Virus record (IMG/VR): IMGVR_UViG_2029527006_000005
DNA length: 64,000 bases
Source: a virus
Lineage: Duplodnaviria > Heunggongvirae > Uroviricota > Caudoviricetes
Reading direction: 5' to 3' (one strand)
Part shown: piece by piece, positions 20,568-30,442 of the stretch
Position numbering within the stretch: position 1 is the stretch's first letter
How the letters are laid out: every line of letters starts with the position of its first letter
Made by a program: the position numbers and the translations under genes
Notes under the pieces: model-generated
Database searches by the model: none
The model's input: only the letters and a program-made list of their open reading frames with translations
Told to the model about the DNA's origin: nothing

Positions 20568-20768
20568 TTAGTTATCGCATGAGATTACCTCTTTGTTCGT
20601 GTACTTCACTTTGTAGTATCCATTTAGTGAACGCCATTCGTAGATGTATGAGAGTATATTACCATCTAGGTCATCGTCTGTCAAGCCTGTAATTTCGGCG
20701 TGATGGGTTTCGTAATTGTCCTCATTGGGTTTAAGTCCCTTCAAGGTTACTCGTACTGTTATTGACAC
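20568..20768 (-). CDS. Hypothetical protein
   Basis: GGAG RBS, GTG start. Confidence 0.65.
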   Translation of the reverse strand: MSITVRVTLKGLKPNEDNYETHHAEITGLTDDDLDGNILSYIYEWRSLNGYYKVKYTNKEVISCDN

Positions 20769-21022
20769 GTGTACTCCTTTGTGATACCATCGAATTGCAT
20801 AATGATATTGTTTCCGTGCAGGATATATGTTACAGTACCGAATCGATCTTTAGCCACGAATAAACCGGGCTTGACTTCTTCGGCAACAACATGTTCGTTT
20901 GTGTCCACCAGCGAAGTGTTATCAATGATAAATCGAGTACTGAAACCATCAGCACTACAGATCAAGTCCTGTGCTAATACTGGAGTACTGAAGAGTGCAG
21001 CGAGTAAGAGTAAATGTTTCAT
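20759..21022 (-). CDS. Small exported protein
   Basis: Signal peptide MKHLLLLAALFSTPVLA; two Cys. Confidence 0.75.
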   Translation of the reverse strand: MKHLLLLAALFSTPVLAQDLICSADGFSTRFIIDNTSLVDTNEHVVAEEVKPGLFVAKDRFGTVTYILHGNNIIMQFDGITKEYTCQ

Positions 21023-21088
21023 CGTTTGGTCCTCTTTGGTTGTACTGATATAATAACAAAAAAGGCTGACATATGTCAACCTCTTTTT

Positions 21089-21607
21089 TTAATCTTCGTA
21101 AGTGAATGGTGTGATTGCATCGCTAATGTATTCAACAATAGCTAATGGATCGTCTTCACGTGCTGTAATCTCTGCTGTAGCTCTGTATGCGGCCTGTAGA
21201 GCGTTTTTAACTTTAGCCGGGGCTACCTCTTTAAGTTCTGCAATTAATCGCTTAGAATGGCGTACATCGCCTTTAAACGCTGCTTTCCAATCATCTTGTA
21301 AAGTACTGATAAGAGTTTTAGAATCTTTTGGCATTGGTTTCTGTACTTCTGGTTCTGGTGTTGGCTTACCACCCATTAAGCCTAGGGATTGGAAGTATCT
21401 TAGTTTCTCGTCTGGTTTCATTCGAGAGGTATCGACTAGTGTATCGGTTACTGTGTTTGCTTTACCTGCTGCCCCTGTTCCTTGATTACGGGAGCCACGC
21501 GATCCCTGTCCTGCGTTATGGCTATTACTGCGGCGGTTCTCATCGCTCCACTTGTCCGAGTGTCCAGCGAGAGTAGCACCTGATTTAGAGCGGAATTGAC
21601 CCGGCAT
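21089..21607 (-). CDS. Hypothetical protein with basic, disordered N-terminus
   Basis: AGGAG RBS before MPGQF. Confidence 0.8.
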   Translation of the reverse strand: MPGQFRSKSGATLAGHSDKWSDENRRSNSHNAGQGSRGSRNQGTGAAGKANTVTDTLVDTSRMKPDEKLRYFQSLGLMGGKPTPEPEVQKPMPKDSKTLISTLQDDWKAAFKGDVRHSKRLIAELKEVAPAKVKNALQAAYRATAEITAREDDPLAIVEYISDAITPFTYED

Positions 21608-21619
21608 AATTAATTCTCC

Positions 21620-21707
21620 TGTGCATGAATTATAGATATATTTATGCACCCTGTGGGTTAGCTTGTTTCTATGCGTATATAATAACAAAAGGGCTGACTC
21701 TCGTCAA
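21620..21707 (-). promoter_or_regulatory. Promoter-CCCACAGGGTG unit 3 (leader of 21089..21607)
   Basis: TTGACG-17-TATTAT, motif 21 bp downstream, overlaps GTGCAT..ATGCAC inverted repeat. Confidence 0.8.
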
Positions 21708-21923
21708 CCCATTTTTTACATGTATTTTAAATATAATCTGTCAAATGATTCTAATGCTACAACAGCGTTTGATGTTACAATTCTTTCCCTTCCACATCTT
21801 ACGGTGAAGTTCTGTCCGTCAAAAGTCATGATTACATCATTGATGTTTCGAATACGTTTCATTTGGTTCTTTCCAATATGTGCTACCCTATGGAAAGTAT
21901 TATACCAAATGATCCAATAGTGA

Positions 21924-22175
21924 TCAACGCTGATTTACAAAATCATTGTACTTTTCGTGAGACATTAAATGTAGTTGCTTTTCTTTGTCAATTACGATAC
22001 GCTCAGTTCGGGAAATATCCAGTACTTGGAATAGTCCGTTACTCAGTTTGCGAGCGTGGAGATCACCACTTATGAAACTGTTAGCTGCTTTGACAGCCTT
22101 CTCTACAATCTTCTTTTGCGGCTTGTAGTGCAGTTTCATGAAATTACCGTTGACTAATTCGACTTGCTTTTTCAT
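21924..22175 (-). CDS. ParE/RelE-like small protein
   Basis: 83 aa, LDISRTERIV...LMSHEKYN C-terminal pattern of a ParE-like family. Confidence 0.55.
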   Translation of the reverse strand: MKKQVELVNGNFMKLHYKPQKKIVEKAVKAANSFISGDLHARKLSNGLFQVLDISRTERIVIDKEKQLHLMSHEKYNDFVNQR

Positions 22176-22218
22176 TTTGGTTTCTCTTAAAGGTGGGGGA
22201 TTTCTCCCCCTGTGTTGG

Positions 22219-22590
22219 TTAGCTACGGGCGAGACTAGCAGCCAGTAGTGCGGCGGTGCGTGAGCGGCGAACAAGTACATTCACGTTATTACCCTTGCGA
22301 TCTTTCAGGGTGTAGCTGTGATTGTGCACTTGACGTGAGTCCACCAGCGGCAAACCCATAATATCACGCGGTTCTACTGGCTCAAGTGCTACGTCCATCA
22401 CTTCAGCCTGAAGCATTGCAGCAAGCTGTGCGACGGCCTCAGACTTAGGAGCTTCTACCGTGTATTGTACTTCCCAACGCTTACCAGCAGGAGCATCAGC
22501 ACCGTTATCAATGATCTTGCCGTCATAATCTACTTTAGCGTGTCGTGCATCGTTACGGGTTTTGCAGAACACAGATTTGATAGTAGCCAT
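22219..22590 (-). CDS. Hypothetical early protein
   Basis: GAGG RBS, own promoter. Confidence 0.8.
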   Translation of the reverse strand: MATIKSVFCKTRNDARHAKVDYDGKIIDNGADAPAGKRWEVQYTVEAPKSEAVAQLAAMLQAEVMDVALEPVEPRDIMGLPLVDSRQVHNHSYTLKDRKGNNVNVLVRRSRTAALLAASLARS

Positions 22591-22798
22591 TTTTGTACTT
22601 CCTCTTTGTGGTTGATGTAAGTATTATACTTTAATGTCGATTCGGTGTCTAGTACTTTTTACTTCTTTTTGATGCTCTTTTACTTCTTTGACAATCCTTT
22701 CTTGTTGGGGAATACTGTAAGTATTATACACTGTCCGGTAGATTGGTGCAACTGGTGTAATCATCTTTAAGTACTCCCCTTGTGTTTAAAGTATTATA

Positions 22799-23116
22799 TC
22801 ACAGTGAAGCGAGGGAACCAAGGAAAATCTCTGCTTCTTCCATCGTTACAACCCTTGCGTTCTGTCCGTTCAAAAAGATAGTAGCAATGTCTTTTTCTGC
22901 TCTGTGGCGGGTGATGTAACGTTTTATATCATTACGCCCTGATGCTGGTAAGTGGTTACCTTCCAAGTAGTAACCGCTGTAAATGCAATCTTTGCCTGTC
23001 CACGGATTCTTTACCATAATGGCAAAGTTACGATCAGAGCTACCCAGAGTACTATACATAGTATGACCAACTGGAGAGGTGTCGATTGTTTTTCGCATTG
23101 CTGAATGTAAAGCCAT
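22799..23116 (-). CDS. Hypothetical protein
   Basis: GAGG RBS. Confidence 0.75.
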   Translation of the reverse strand: MALHSAMRKTIDTSPVGHTMYSTLGSSDRNFAIMVKNPWTGKDCIYSGYYLEGNHLPASGRNDIKRYITRHRAEKDIATIFLNGQNARVVTMEEAEIFLGSLASL

Positions 23117-23217
23117 TTTTTAAATCCTCGTTTGTTTAAAGGTTCTTTCTCGTCTTGATGTAAGTATTATACAGTACTGTAAGAGGGAGTCAACAACTAT
23201 TTTCAAAATAAAAGTAC

Positions 23218-23340
23218 TTGACACCGCGATCTGTTTTTGGTATTATATATCCCATAGAGACAACTAACCCACAGGGTGGGATAATCTATCCAAATTTTAT
23301 AGTACTGTACAAATAAACAGGGGAGTGGTTAGCTCCCCAT
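23218..23340 (+). promoter_or_regulatory. Promoter-CCCACAGGGTG-LexA box-hairpin unit 4
   Basis: TTGACA-17-TATTAT; motif 23268; CTGTACAAATAAACAG 23305-23320; GGGGAG..CTCCCC hairpin. Confidence 0.85.
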
Positions 23341-23989
23341 TGTGTTACATTTTGCGGATTGCTTTCACGGTATCTTTTACAGATTTACCCGCTAACAAAA
23401 GTTCTTCAATCTTCGCGTACTGCTCAGTTGTCAGGTCTTCGCCCGTCTGTGCCAGTACTGCTTCGTATTGAGATTCTTTCATTTTCATTTCCTCGGTTGT
23501 TTGCTGTTGATGTAAGTATTATAAAGTACTCGCTCAGTAAATGCAAGTACTTTTAATCATTACGCCTCTCTTACACTACGATATGATCCTTTAATATCTT
23601 GCAGCTTTTTGACACGTTGCCACGCATCACCAGCCGAATAACCCCATTCACGCACGAGGGTTACACCACCAGATTTAAGAATCACTTCAAATACAAATTC
23701 TTTTTTCATAGTATCTTGATCCCCTCATAACCACCAGCGATGGCAGAATGGAAATCAATCTTTGTTTCGTGTGAGATCCATTTAGCCTTTAATACAGTAC
23801 CTACCGGATAGAAACTAGTAGCCCAATCCATTACTTCGGCGTGTTGTTCTTCTCGCTCTTTACGCTCAGTACTAACCAGCATTTTAGTAGTGAAGTTCGA
23901 AGTACTTACATCCAGAGAGTAGATAGACTATTTTTTTAATTCCTTGTTTGCTTAAGATGGGACTATTATATAATAGCCCCTGTGTACTG

Positions 23990-24529
23990 TCAAGCCTTAT
24001 CTTTTAGATAATCAGGTAAATCTGTATTCTGATAATCTAACTCTTTAAGTACTTGCTTATCCTTAGTACTGTTTGAGATAATATCAAAATCGTAGATTCT
24101 GATAAGTTTCCCGCCGTAGTTCCCTGCATCGCTGTTATGCGTTACACCTTGAGCAGTAAAGAAAGCGGCTAACTCTTTAGCAATCTTATGTAAGCCTTTA
24201 ACATTCCAGTACAGCCACAATTCAAAGCGATGTGCGGTCATTGTTTCGCGTTGGCTAAACTCTTTCTTAAACAGTTTCGCCAGCTTTTGAGTACAATACA
24301 CATTACACCAGTATTGCAGGTTCGGGATTGTTATCTCTACGTTGCTTGCGTGTTGTTCCTCTTTGAGTTCCACTGTCAAGGCGTACACTGATCGCCCGTA
24401 ATGCTCGGCCCACAGATAAGAGTTCGTACAGTAGAGACCAACACCATACTGCGTACTATGGATTTTTGCACCCAGATAACCCGGACGATGATCAAACTTG
24501 CTGGAGCCGTGATAAAGGGTAGTAATCAT
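23990..24529 (-). CDS. ADP-ribosyltransferase-like protein
   Basis: LYHGS...YGVGLYCT...AEHYG is the H-G-S / G-x-Y-x-T / A-x-x-Y pattern of PARP/ART folds. Confidence 0.55.
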   Translation of the reverse strand: MITTLYHGSSKFDHRPGYLGAKIHSTQYGVGLYCTNSYLWAEHYGRSVYALTVELKEEQHASNVEITIPNLQYWCNVYCTQKLAKLFKKEFSQRETMTAHRFELWLYWNVKGLHKIAKELAAFFTAQGVTHNSDAGNYGGKLIRIYDFDIISNSTKDKQVLKELDYQNTDLPDYLKDKA

Positions 24530-24585
24530 TTTGTGTATCTCGTTTCGTTTCAATGAATACATTATGCCAGTACTTGCAAAGTATG

Positions 24586-25074
24586 TCAACTGCTTTTGGA
24601 ATATTTCTTTTTCCATGTAAAGGCGGTTGCATATGATACATTTAATTCATTAGCTAGCCTTTGTATACCATAACCATTATAATAGGTTGTCTGAATGTAG
24701 TCTATGATTTCCGGTGTTAATTTACTACTGAAATTATTCATTCCCCATTGTTCACGCAATAAACCATTATCAGCCGCATGTTTTGTATTTTCTTGAACCG
24801 TCGCCCATTCAAGATTAGAATAATGATTATTTTGTTTATTTCCATCTTTATGATTGACAACGGTTTGATTTGGTGCTGCTGGTGGGAGAAAATTCAATGC
24901 TACCAAACGGTGTGCTTTGCAATTCTTTCCTTGACCTTCAAACCAAAGTTGTAGTATACTATAACCATCTTTATCGGTTGCTTGCTTACGTATGCGTCCT
25001 GTCTTGCGTGTTCGCACGTCGCCAAACTCTGACACCTCATAATTGCTATTCTCTTTAAGTACTTTCCATTCCAT
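24586..25074 (-). CDS. NUMOD4-HNH homing endonuclease
   Basis: YEVSEFGDVR (NUMOD4), HRLVA, VNHKDGNKQNNHYSNLEW (HNH), C-terminal HTH. Confidence 0.9.
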   Translation of the reverse strand: MEWKVLKENSNYEVSEFGDVRTRKTGRIRKQATDKDGYSILQLWFEGQGKNCKAHRLVALNFLPPAAPNQTVVNHKDGNKQNNHYSNLEWATVQENTKHAADNGLLREQWGMNNFSSKLTPEIIDYIQTTYYNGYGIQRLANELNVSYATAFTWKKKYSKSS

Positions 25075-25148
25075 AAAATATCCTTTTGTCAATCCCTTAT
25101 TAAGAATATTATATCACAAAAATAATCGATTGTCCCAAAAATAAATGC

Positions 25149-25270
25149 TTGACAGCCCACCAGCATTTTGGTATTCTATATCCCATAGAAACAATTAGCC
25201 CACAGGGTGCGGAAATGTATCTATAGGTTATAGTACTGTACAAATAAACAGGGGAGTCATTGCTCCCCTT
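25149..25270 (+). promoter_or_regulatory. Promoter-CCCACAGGGTG-LexA box-hairpin unit 5 (Chi in spacer)
   Basis: TTGACA-17-TATTCT; motif 25199; LexA box 25236-25251. Confidence 0.85.
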
Positions 25271-25274
25271 TGTG

Positions 25275-25604
25275 TTATTCTTCTGCGTCTAAATCCAGAT
25301 CCCCGTAGGCACTTTCCAGTAGTTCCCCTGTGTGATCATCAGCAAGGAAATTGTCTTCATAGTTAACGTCAACGCCGACAATGTAGAACTGGCGATCATC
25401 GGGATCATTAAAGTTAATTGATTGGATGTTAGCCATTACTGTATTGATACCCAATACGCCGCCGTCATCAGTAACAAAGTACTGATATTTTTCATAGCCG
25501 CCAGAGTTGAAACCGTAGTTAATATTTGCTACGCCGTCATCCAGTCGAATCGCCTGAGAGATAAATTCATTTTCGAAGTTGGCTTGAACGTTGGAGATAG
25601 TCAT
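25275..25604 (-). CDS. Acidic hypothetical protein
   Basis: Cassette A upstream. Confidence 0.8.
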   Translation of the reverse strand: MTISNVQANFENEFISQAIRLDDGVANINYGFNSGGYEKYQYFVTDDGGVLGINTVMANIQSINFNDPDDRQFYIVGVDVNYEDNFLADDHTGELLESAYGDLDLDAEE

Positions 25605-25695
25605 TGTACTTTCCTTAATTAGTGGGGGAAGATGTTTTCCCCCTATGCAAATCATTATACGCTTATCAGGGAGTAATGCAAGTACTTTTTAGTAC

Positions 25696-26031
25696 TTAAT
25701 TACGCCGGGATTCTGCCAGGAAATCATTCTGCCACTCGCAGAGTTCTTCCATGTTTTCTTTGTCGTGTAAATCACTTGCCGCTTGCAATATGATCAATTT
25801 AATCATATCATTGATTGTCAGGTCGTCAGTGTTTACGTCATAACCTTTGAGTACTTCACGCATATCATCTAACTGATATGATCCAACCTGTCCGAGTAAC
25901 TGACACAACGCTTTACTGCTAGCTTCTGCCTTTTCGCGGGTAGTTGCTAACTCATACACCATATCGTATGATGGGAACACCAGCACCAGCTTATTACAAT
26001 CTGACTGCCATTCTAAATCAGGTTCACGCAT
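25696..26031 (-). CDS. Acidic hypothetical protein
   Basis: Cassette A upstream. Confidence 0.8.
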   Translation of the reverse strand: MREPDLEWQSDCNKLVLVFPSYDMVYELATTREKAEASSKALCQLLGQVGSYQLDDMREVLKGYDVNTDDLTINDMIKLIILQAASDLHDKENMEELCEWQNDFLAESRRN

Positions 26032-26110
26032 GACCTTTTCCTTAATTAGTGGGGGAAGTTGTTTCCCCCTATGCAAATCATTATACGCTTATCAGGGAGT
26101 AATGCAAGTA

Positions 26111-26341
26111 CTATTTGAATGAATTTACGATATAATTTACAGCGTCATCATTCAGTTCTGCCATAGCATTTTTGATCACTTCACGCAGTTTTTCATCTGC
26201 GGCTAACTGGCTGCTGTTGCTGCCGTTCAACGCTTCACGCCATGTATCTTCATGTGCCTGTGAAATGTTGCGTACCTGTGAGAGTCGAGAAGACAGTAAG
26301 ATACGAGTCAGTACTTGAGCGATGATTTCACGTTGTTCCAT
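26111..26341 (-). CDS. Hypothetical protein
   Basis: GAGG RBS. Confidence 0.75.
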   Translation of the reverse strand: MEQREIIAQVLTRILLSSRLSQVRNISQAHEDTWREALNGSNSSQLAADEKLREVIKNAMAELNDDAVNYIVNSFK

Positions 26342-26404
26342 TTGGTAGTTCCTCTTTGCTTAAGATGGGACTATTATATAATAGTCCCGTTTAGTTGTCC
26401 AGTA

Positions 26405-26872
26405 CTATTTCACATTAATTTCCAGATATTCAGGCTTAATGCGATCTTGATTGTAAAGCTCATTTGCTTCTGCTAATGTCTGCACTTGGACACCAGCCGC
26501 TTTAAAATAGCGTGTAAGCGTTTCTAAGAGCTTTTCCGGTGTATTGGTAGTTTTACGTGTCTTAATCTTGTCATGACCCATAGCATAGTACTGCTTGCGT
26601 GGAATCGTGCTAATCGCTGAGTAGTACGGTTCCATTTCCAGCTTATCAGTGATATTATCATCACTGCCAAACTTCATGCCGTGGATTGCAAAAGTCATAC
26701 GCATAGTGTCATTTTCGCGAATATTTGAACTGCAATCTTTTTGATCACGAGTCATACCAAACGCCAGACAAACATCGCCACCCAATGGCAGACGTCCAAC
26801 GTGTACCCAACCGTTAGGGAATACTGCGAGGAAAGCGGCTGATACTTTTGCGGTGAACTCTTTGCTATTCAT
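26405..26872 (-). CDS. Hypothetical protein
   Basis: Cassette A upstream. Confidence 0.8.
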   Translation of the reverse strand: MNSKEFTAKVSAAFLAVFPNGWVHVGRLPLGGDVCLAFGMTRDQKDCSSNIRENDTMRMTFAIHGMKFGSDDNITDKLEMEPYYSAISTIPRKQYYAMGHDKIKTRKTTNTPEKLLETLTRYFKAAGVQVQTLAEANELYNQDRIKPEYLEINVK

Positions 26873-26956
26873 AATCTCTTTCTCTTAATTAGTGGGGGAA
26901 GATGTTTCCCCCATGCAAAACATTATACAGTACTGAAAAAGTAATGCAAGTACTTT

Positions 26957-27127
26957 TTAGATATTAAAGGAGTCAGCATAACGTTGCAATGACTGCCAAC
27001 TAATGTTATAATGCTTTGCTGCTCGCATGATTGATTCGGTTTCTGTGCACTGCGTTTTCTGCTCAATATGGAAAGCATAATCAAGAGCACCTTCGTAATC
27101 GCTTGAATCAAATTCTTTCTCATCCAT
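26957..27127 (-). CDS. Small hypothetical protein (56 aa, MDEKEFDSS...)
   Basis: Read manually; GAGG RBS; preferred over track ORF 26923..27177. Confidence 0.65.
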   Translation of the reverse strand: MDEKEFDSSDYEGALDYAFHIEQKTQCTETESIMRAAKHYNISWQSLQRYADSFNI

Positions 27128-27194
27128 TGCTTTGTCCTCTTTGTTAAGTTAGAAGTATTATAACACAGTAAACACATAAAGCAAGAACTATTTC

Positions 27195-27289
27195 AGTACT
27201 ATAATATAACAGACAGACCATCGCACCCTGTGGGTTAGTAGCTTATCTGCCAATGACTATATAATACCGCATTGGCAGTTTGGTGTCAA
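27195..27289 (-). promoter_or_regulatory. Promoter-CCCACAGGGTG unit 6
   Basis: TTGACA-17-TATTAT, motif 26 bp downstream, then AGTACT; leader resembles unit 1. Confidence 0.8.
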
Positions 27290-27438
27290 TCCTTTTTATC
27301 ATCTTTTTTATCAGATAAGAAATCAGGTAATTTAGTACTTGGATTATCCCAATCAATTTCGTTATAATGATTAGTGCCGTTAATTTCATCCAGTACTCGA
27401 ATTGTTTCTTTTACCGTTTCGATTGTAACCTTTGCCAT
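27286..27438 (-). CDS. Small hypothetical protein
   Basis: Start MAKVT after GGGGG; cassette B upstream. Confidence 0.65.
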   Translation of the reverse strand: MAKVTIETVKETIRVLDEINGTNHYNEIDWDNPSTKLPDFLSDKKDDKKD

Positions 27439-27506
27439 GTTGCCCCCTGTTTGCTGTACTGATATAATAACAAAAGGGCTGACATTAGTCAACCCCTTTT
27501 AAAACT

Positions 27507-27932
27507 TTATTGATTTGACAAACGGGCATCCAGTGCAATGCGTACCTCGTTTAATGAGTCGATGATGCTTCCAGTAGTTTGTCCTAACTGGTTATACATC
27601 CAGTCCTCAGAAGTAACAAGACGATCCATTTCTGAAAGTACTTTCTCAGCCGCTTTCAGTTTGTCATGCCATTCATTCATTTGATTGTACTGGCGTACTG
27701 TGTAAGAATCACCAGCCAGATCTACAGGTACTTTAAACACCAGAATCTGACGGGCTTGCTTATCCATATCTTTGAACAGATCGGATGACTCTCTGAAAGT
27801 ACTGTCAACAATAGTACCAGTAAGTTTATCGTAATCGATAAACACTTGCGTTTCACCGATCAGCCCTTCCGCACGAATGGTAGGGGAGTTAGCGTCGTTC
27901 GCGAAACCGGTCATGTTAACTTTGTTGCTCAT
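27507..27932 (-). CDS. Hypothetical protein
   Basis: Cassette A upstream. Confidence 0.8.
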   Translation of the reverse strand: MSNKVNMTGFANDANSPTIRAEGLIGETQVFIDYDKLTGTIVDSTFRESSDLFKDMDKQARQILVFKVPVDLAGDSYTVRQYNQMNEWHDKLKAAEKVLSEMDRLVTSEDWMYNQLGQTTGSIIDSLNEVRIALDARLSNQ

Positions 27933-28015
27933 GGGACTTTCCTTAATTAGTGGGGGAGGTTATCTCCCCCTATGCAAAACATTATACGCTATTCAGAGAG
28001 TAATGCAAGTACTTT

Positions 28016-28321
28016 TTACAAGAAAGATACCAGCGAGGATTTAACAATAACCTCCGCTGTTACTTCGTCGTCTACTTCGGTCACGCACTTAAGAGTAACG
28101 CACCAATCGCCACCAGCAAAGTACCACGTATGGGGCTGATCACCTTCCTGATATGAGTTCTTATCTTTCAGGTCGGAACCGTCAAACGTTGGCATACCTT
28201 CCTCAAAGGCGTACAATTCAGCCTCTGCCAGATCCTTAGCCAGAATCAAACGCTTAAGGTTGGTTTCATATTCACCAATACGCTGCGTGATGTGAGCTAC
28301 GAACAGTTTGGATTTTAACAT
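28016..28321 (-). CDS. Hypothetical protein
   Basis: Own sigma70 promoter. Confidence 0.75.
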   Translation of the reverse strand: MLKSKLFVAHITQRIGEYETNLKRLILAKDLAEAELYAFEEGMPTFDGSDLKDKNSYQEGDQPHTWYFAGGDWCVTLKCVTEVDDEVTAEVIVKSSLVSFL

Positions 28322-28393
28322 TTTGTTTCTCTTTGCTTAAGTGATGTAAGTATTATAAAGTACTCGCAAAGTATATGCAAGTACTTTTATTAC

Positions 28394-28630
28394 TTACTCC
28401 ACGTTATCCCCGATCATGTTTGCAGAAAAACGAATGATCTCATATACTGCACGTAATGATTGACCACCGATACAAGTATCGACCAGATCCCCCGCTGAGT
28501 TGTACTTTTCCAGTGTATAACCACCAGCAACAGGTTGCACTTTATAACGATACTTTGCACCCATCGCAGACAGCTTGTTATTCAGTACTGACAGGTAATG
28601 ATCAACTTCGGTACGGGTTACTTTAGCCAT
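28394..28630 (-). CDS. Hypothetical protein
   Basis: Cassette A upstream. Confidence 0.75.
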   Translation of the reverse strand: MAKVTRTEVDHYLSVLNNKLSAMGAKYRYKVQPVAGGYTLEKYNSAGDLVDTCIGGQSLRAVYEIIRFSANMIGDNVE

Positions 28631-28721
28631 GATTCTATTCTCTTAATTAGGAGGGGAACCATTTCCCCTCTCTATGTAAAACATTATACGCTCTTTGGAA
28701 TACTTTGCAAGTACTTTTTAC

Positions 28722-29084
28722 TTAATGTTTAACTTCGTTATATACTTTAACACTACGGGCATCAATTACTAACTGACTATAATTTGAAACTATATTTTTA
28801 AAGAATGGAACGTTTTTATACATGATTTGCACACGTTCCTGTGTCAAGCGACGAATTAATAAAATCAATTCATATTTCTTTTGGGTATAATATGCCTGTA
28901 ATACAGTGTCAAGATACGCCGATTGTTCTGGAGTACTTTGTCCAAGTTCAACACAACGCTTGACAACAGTCTCGATTGAGTCTAGTATCTCACTTCTTAC
29001 CATACGGTTATCACCAATTAAGATATGGTGTACTGCCCACATTTCAACATCTGTGTGTTTGGTTGTATATGCTGGCTGGTGCAT
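28722..29084 (-). CDS. Hypothetical protein
   Basis: Own sigma70 promoter. Confidence 0.75.
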   Translation of the reverse strand: MHQPAYTTKHTDVEMWAVHHILIGDNRMVRSEILDSIETVVKRCVELGQSTPEQSAYLDTVLQAYYTQKKYELILLIRRLTQERVQIMYKNVPFFKNIVSNYSQLVIDARSVKVYNEVKH

Positions 29085-29164
29085 GATAGTATCTCTCTTC
29101 GCTTAATTGATGTAAGTATTATAAAGTACTCTCACACTATTTGCAAGAGTACTTTTGATAATAA

Positions 29165-29539
29165 TTAATTCAAGTAACGAATGAATCCTTGCGAGTCCAG
29201 AGCAGAGAAACCATTCTCTACAAAGATATTGCCGCGTATACCTTTGGCTACTGCGTTATAACTGGCAGACTTGAACACGTTCCCCTCAAAGTCTACACTA
29301 CCGCAGGAGCTACGCCCGTATTGCATGATCTGCCCCGTTTCGTTACTCAGTTCGACGCGATCAATCTTCCAGTACTTCGGAGACTTGCGAACTTCAAAGG
29401 CGATTGCATACGGCATCTTATCAGGGCTAAACTGTACATCTTTGCGACGGATCATTTCTTCCAACATCGCCACCAGTTCAACAGGTACAGTCTCAGCACT
29501 TGCACCACGTCCGAACAATACACGCTTAAAAGTAACCAT
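29165..29539 (-). CDS. Hypothetical phage protein (C-terminal GNVFKSASYNAVAKGIRGNI)
   Basis: GAGG RBS; motif typical of a small phage family. Confidence 0.8.
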   Translation of the reverse strand: MVTFKRVLFGRGASAETVPVELVAMLEEMIRRKDVQFSPDKMPYAIAFEVRKSPKYWKIDRVELSNETGQIMQYGRSSCGSVDFEGNVFKSASYNAVAKGIRGNIFVENGFSALDSQGFIRYLN

Positions 29540-29814
29540 CTTTATATCCTCTGTTTGGTTGATGTAAGTATTATATTAGAGTACTAAAACGAATGCAAGT
29601 ACTTTTGATAATAAAATCCCAGCTATTACAATAAGCAGTACCGCACCCATTGCACCGAAACCGATCCACATTGCCGCCAATAAAGAACCAACAGGATTTT
29701 GTCGAATTTCATTAATCATTTTGTGTTACCCTTCGTTTGGTTGATATAGGTATTATACTCTATTCCCAAAGTACTGCAAGCATTATTTTCAAATTATTTT
29801 CATTAAAAAAGTAC

Positions 29815-29998
29815 TTGACAATATCGCAGTACTTTGGCATAATACAGTCATTGAAACAAATAGCCCACAGGGTGGGGGAATCCGTCTGTTGATGTAAATG
29901 ATTATCATTCTCAAGTACTGAATACTTCTCCGCACCCTATGGGTCACGCCTTTGTTCTGGCTTAAAAGTATTATCTCATTAAGCCAGTACTTTGTCAA
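29815..29998. promoter_or_regulatory. Convergent pair of promoter-CCCAYAGGGTG units 7 and 8 around a Fur box
   Basis: Plus TTGACA-17-CATAAT, minus TTGACA-17-GATAAT; Fur-like 29894-29912 (16/19 to GATAATGATAATCATTATC). Confidence 0.85.
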
Positions 29999-30357
29999 CG
30001 TTTTATTTCTTCGTAAGGATTTGGGCGTAACGTTGGCGGCATCTCTAAATGTGAGAAGTTAAACGAGTTCCCACGGTTCGCACGTCCGATCATTTGGATC
30101 TGATTAGGGTAGAATCCTGTTAGCCAATCATCTACCCAGATGATCCCCACGCCTTCATTGATGCGTTCTACCAGTACTTTACGCTTTTGTTTACGCTTCT
30201 TTATTCTCCGCTGATGGGCGTTCGTTATCCCATTGTGGTGCGGTGTAGTGTAACGATTTTTCACAACCTTCTCCCAACACTTTTTCAACCCGTTCTCTTT
30301 CGAATTGATTTGCCTCAGTTCTGGATAATAGTTTATCATACTTTGGAGGCGTGTCAA
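29995..30357 (-). CDS. Basic hypothetical protein (start uncertain)
   Basis: ORF track; overlaps alternative 30191..30397. Confidence 0.5.
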   Translation of the reverse strand: MTRLQSMINYYPELRQINSKENGLKKCWEKVVKNRYTTPHHNGITNAHQRRIKKRKQKRKVLVERINEGVGIIWVDDWLTGFYPNQIQMIGRANRGNSFNFSHLEMPPTLRPNPYEEIKR

Positions 30358-30442
30358 CTACTTTTTCAATCTCATTCAGTACTTGACATTGATTCATTTT
30401 AAAGCTCCTGTAAGCCCCTATGCGGGGCTTTAACTTAAAGGG

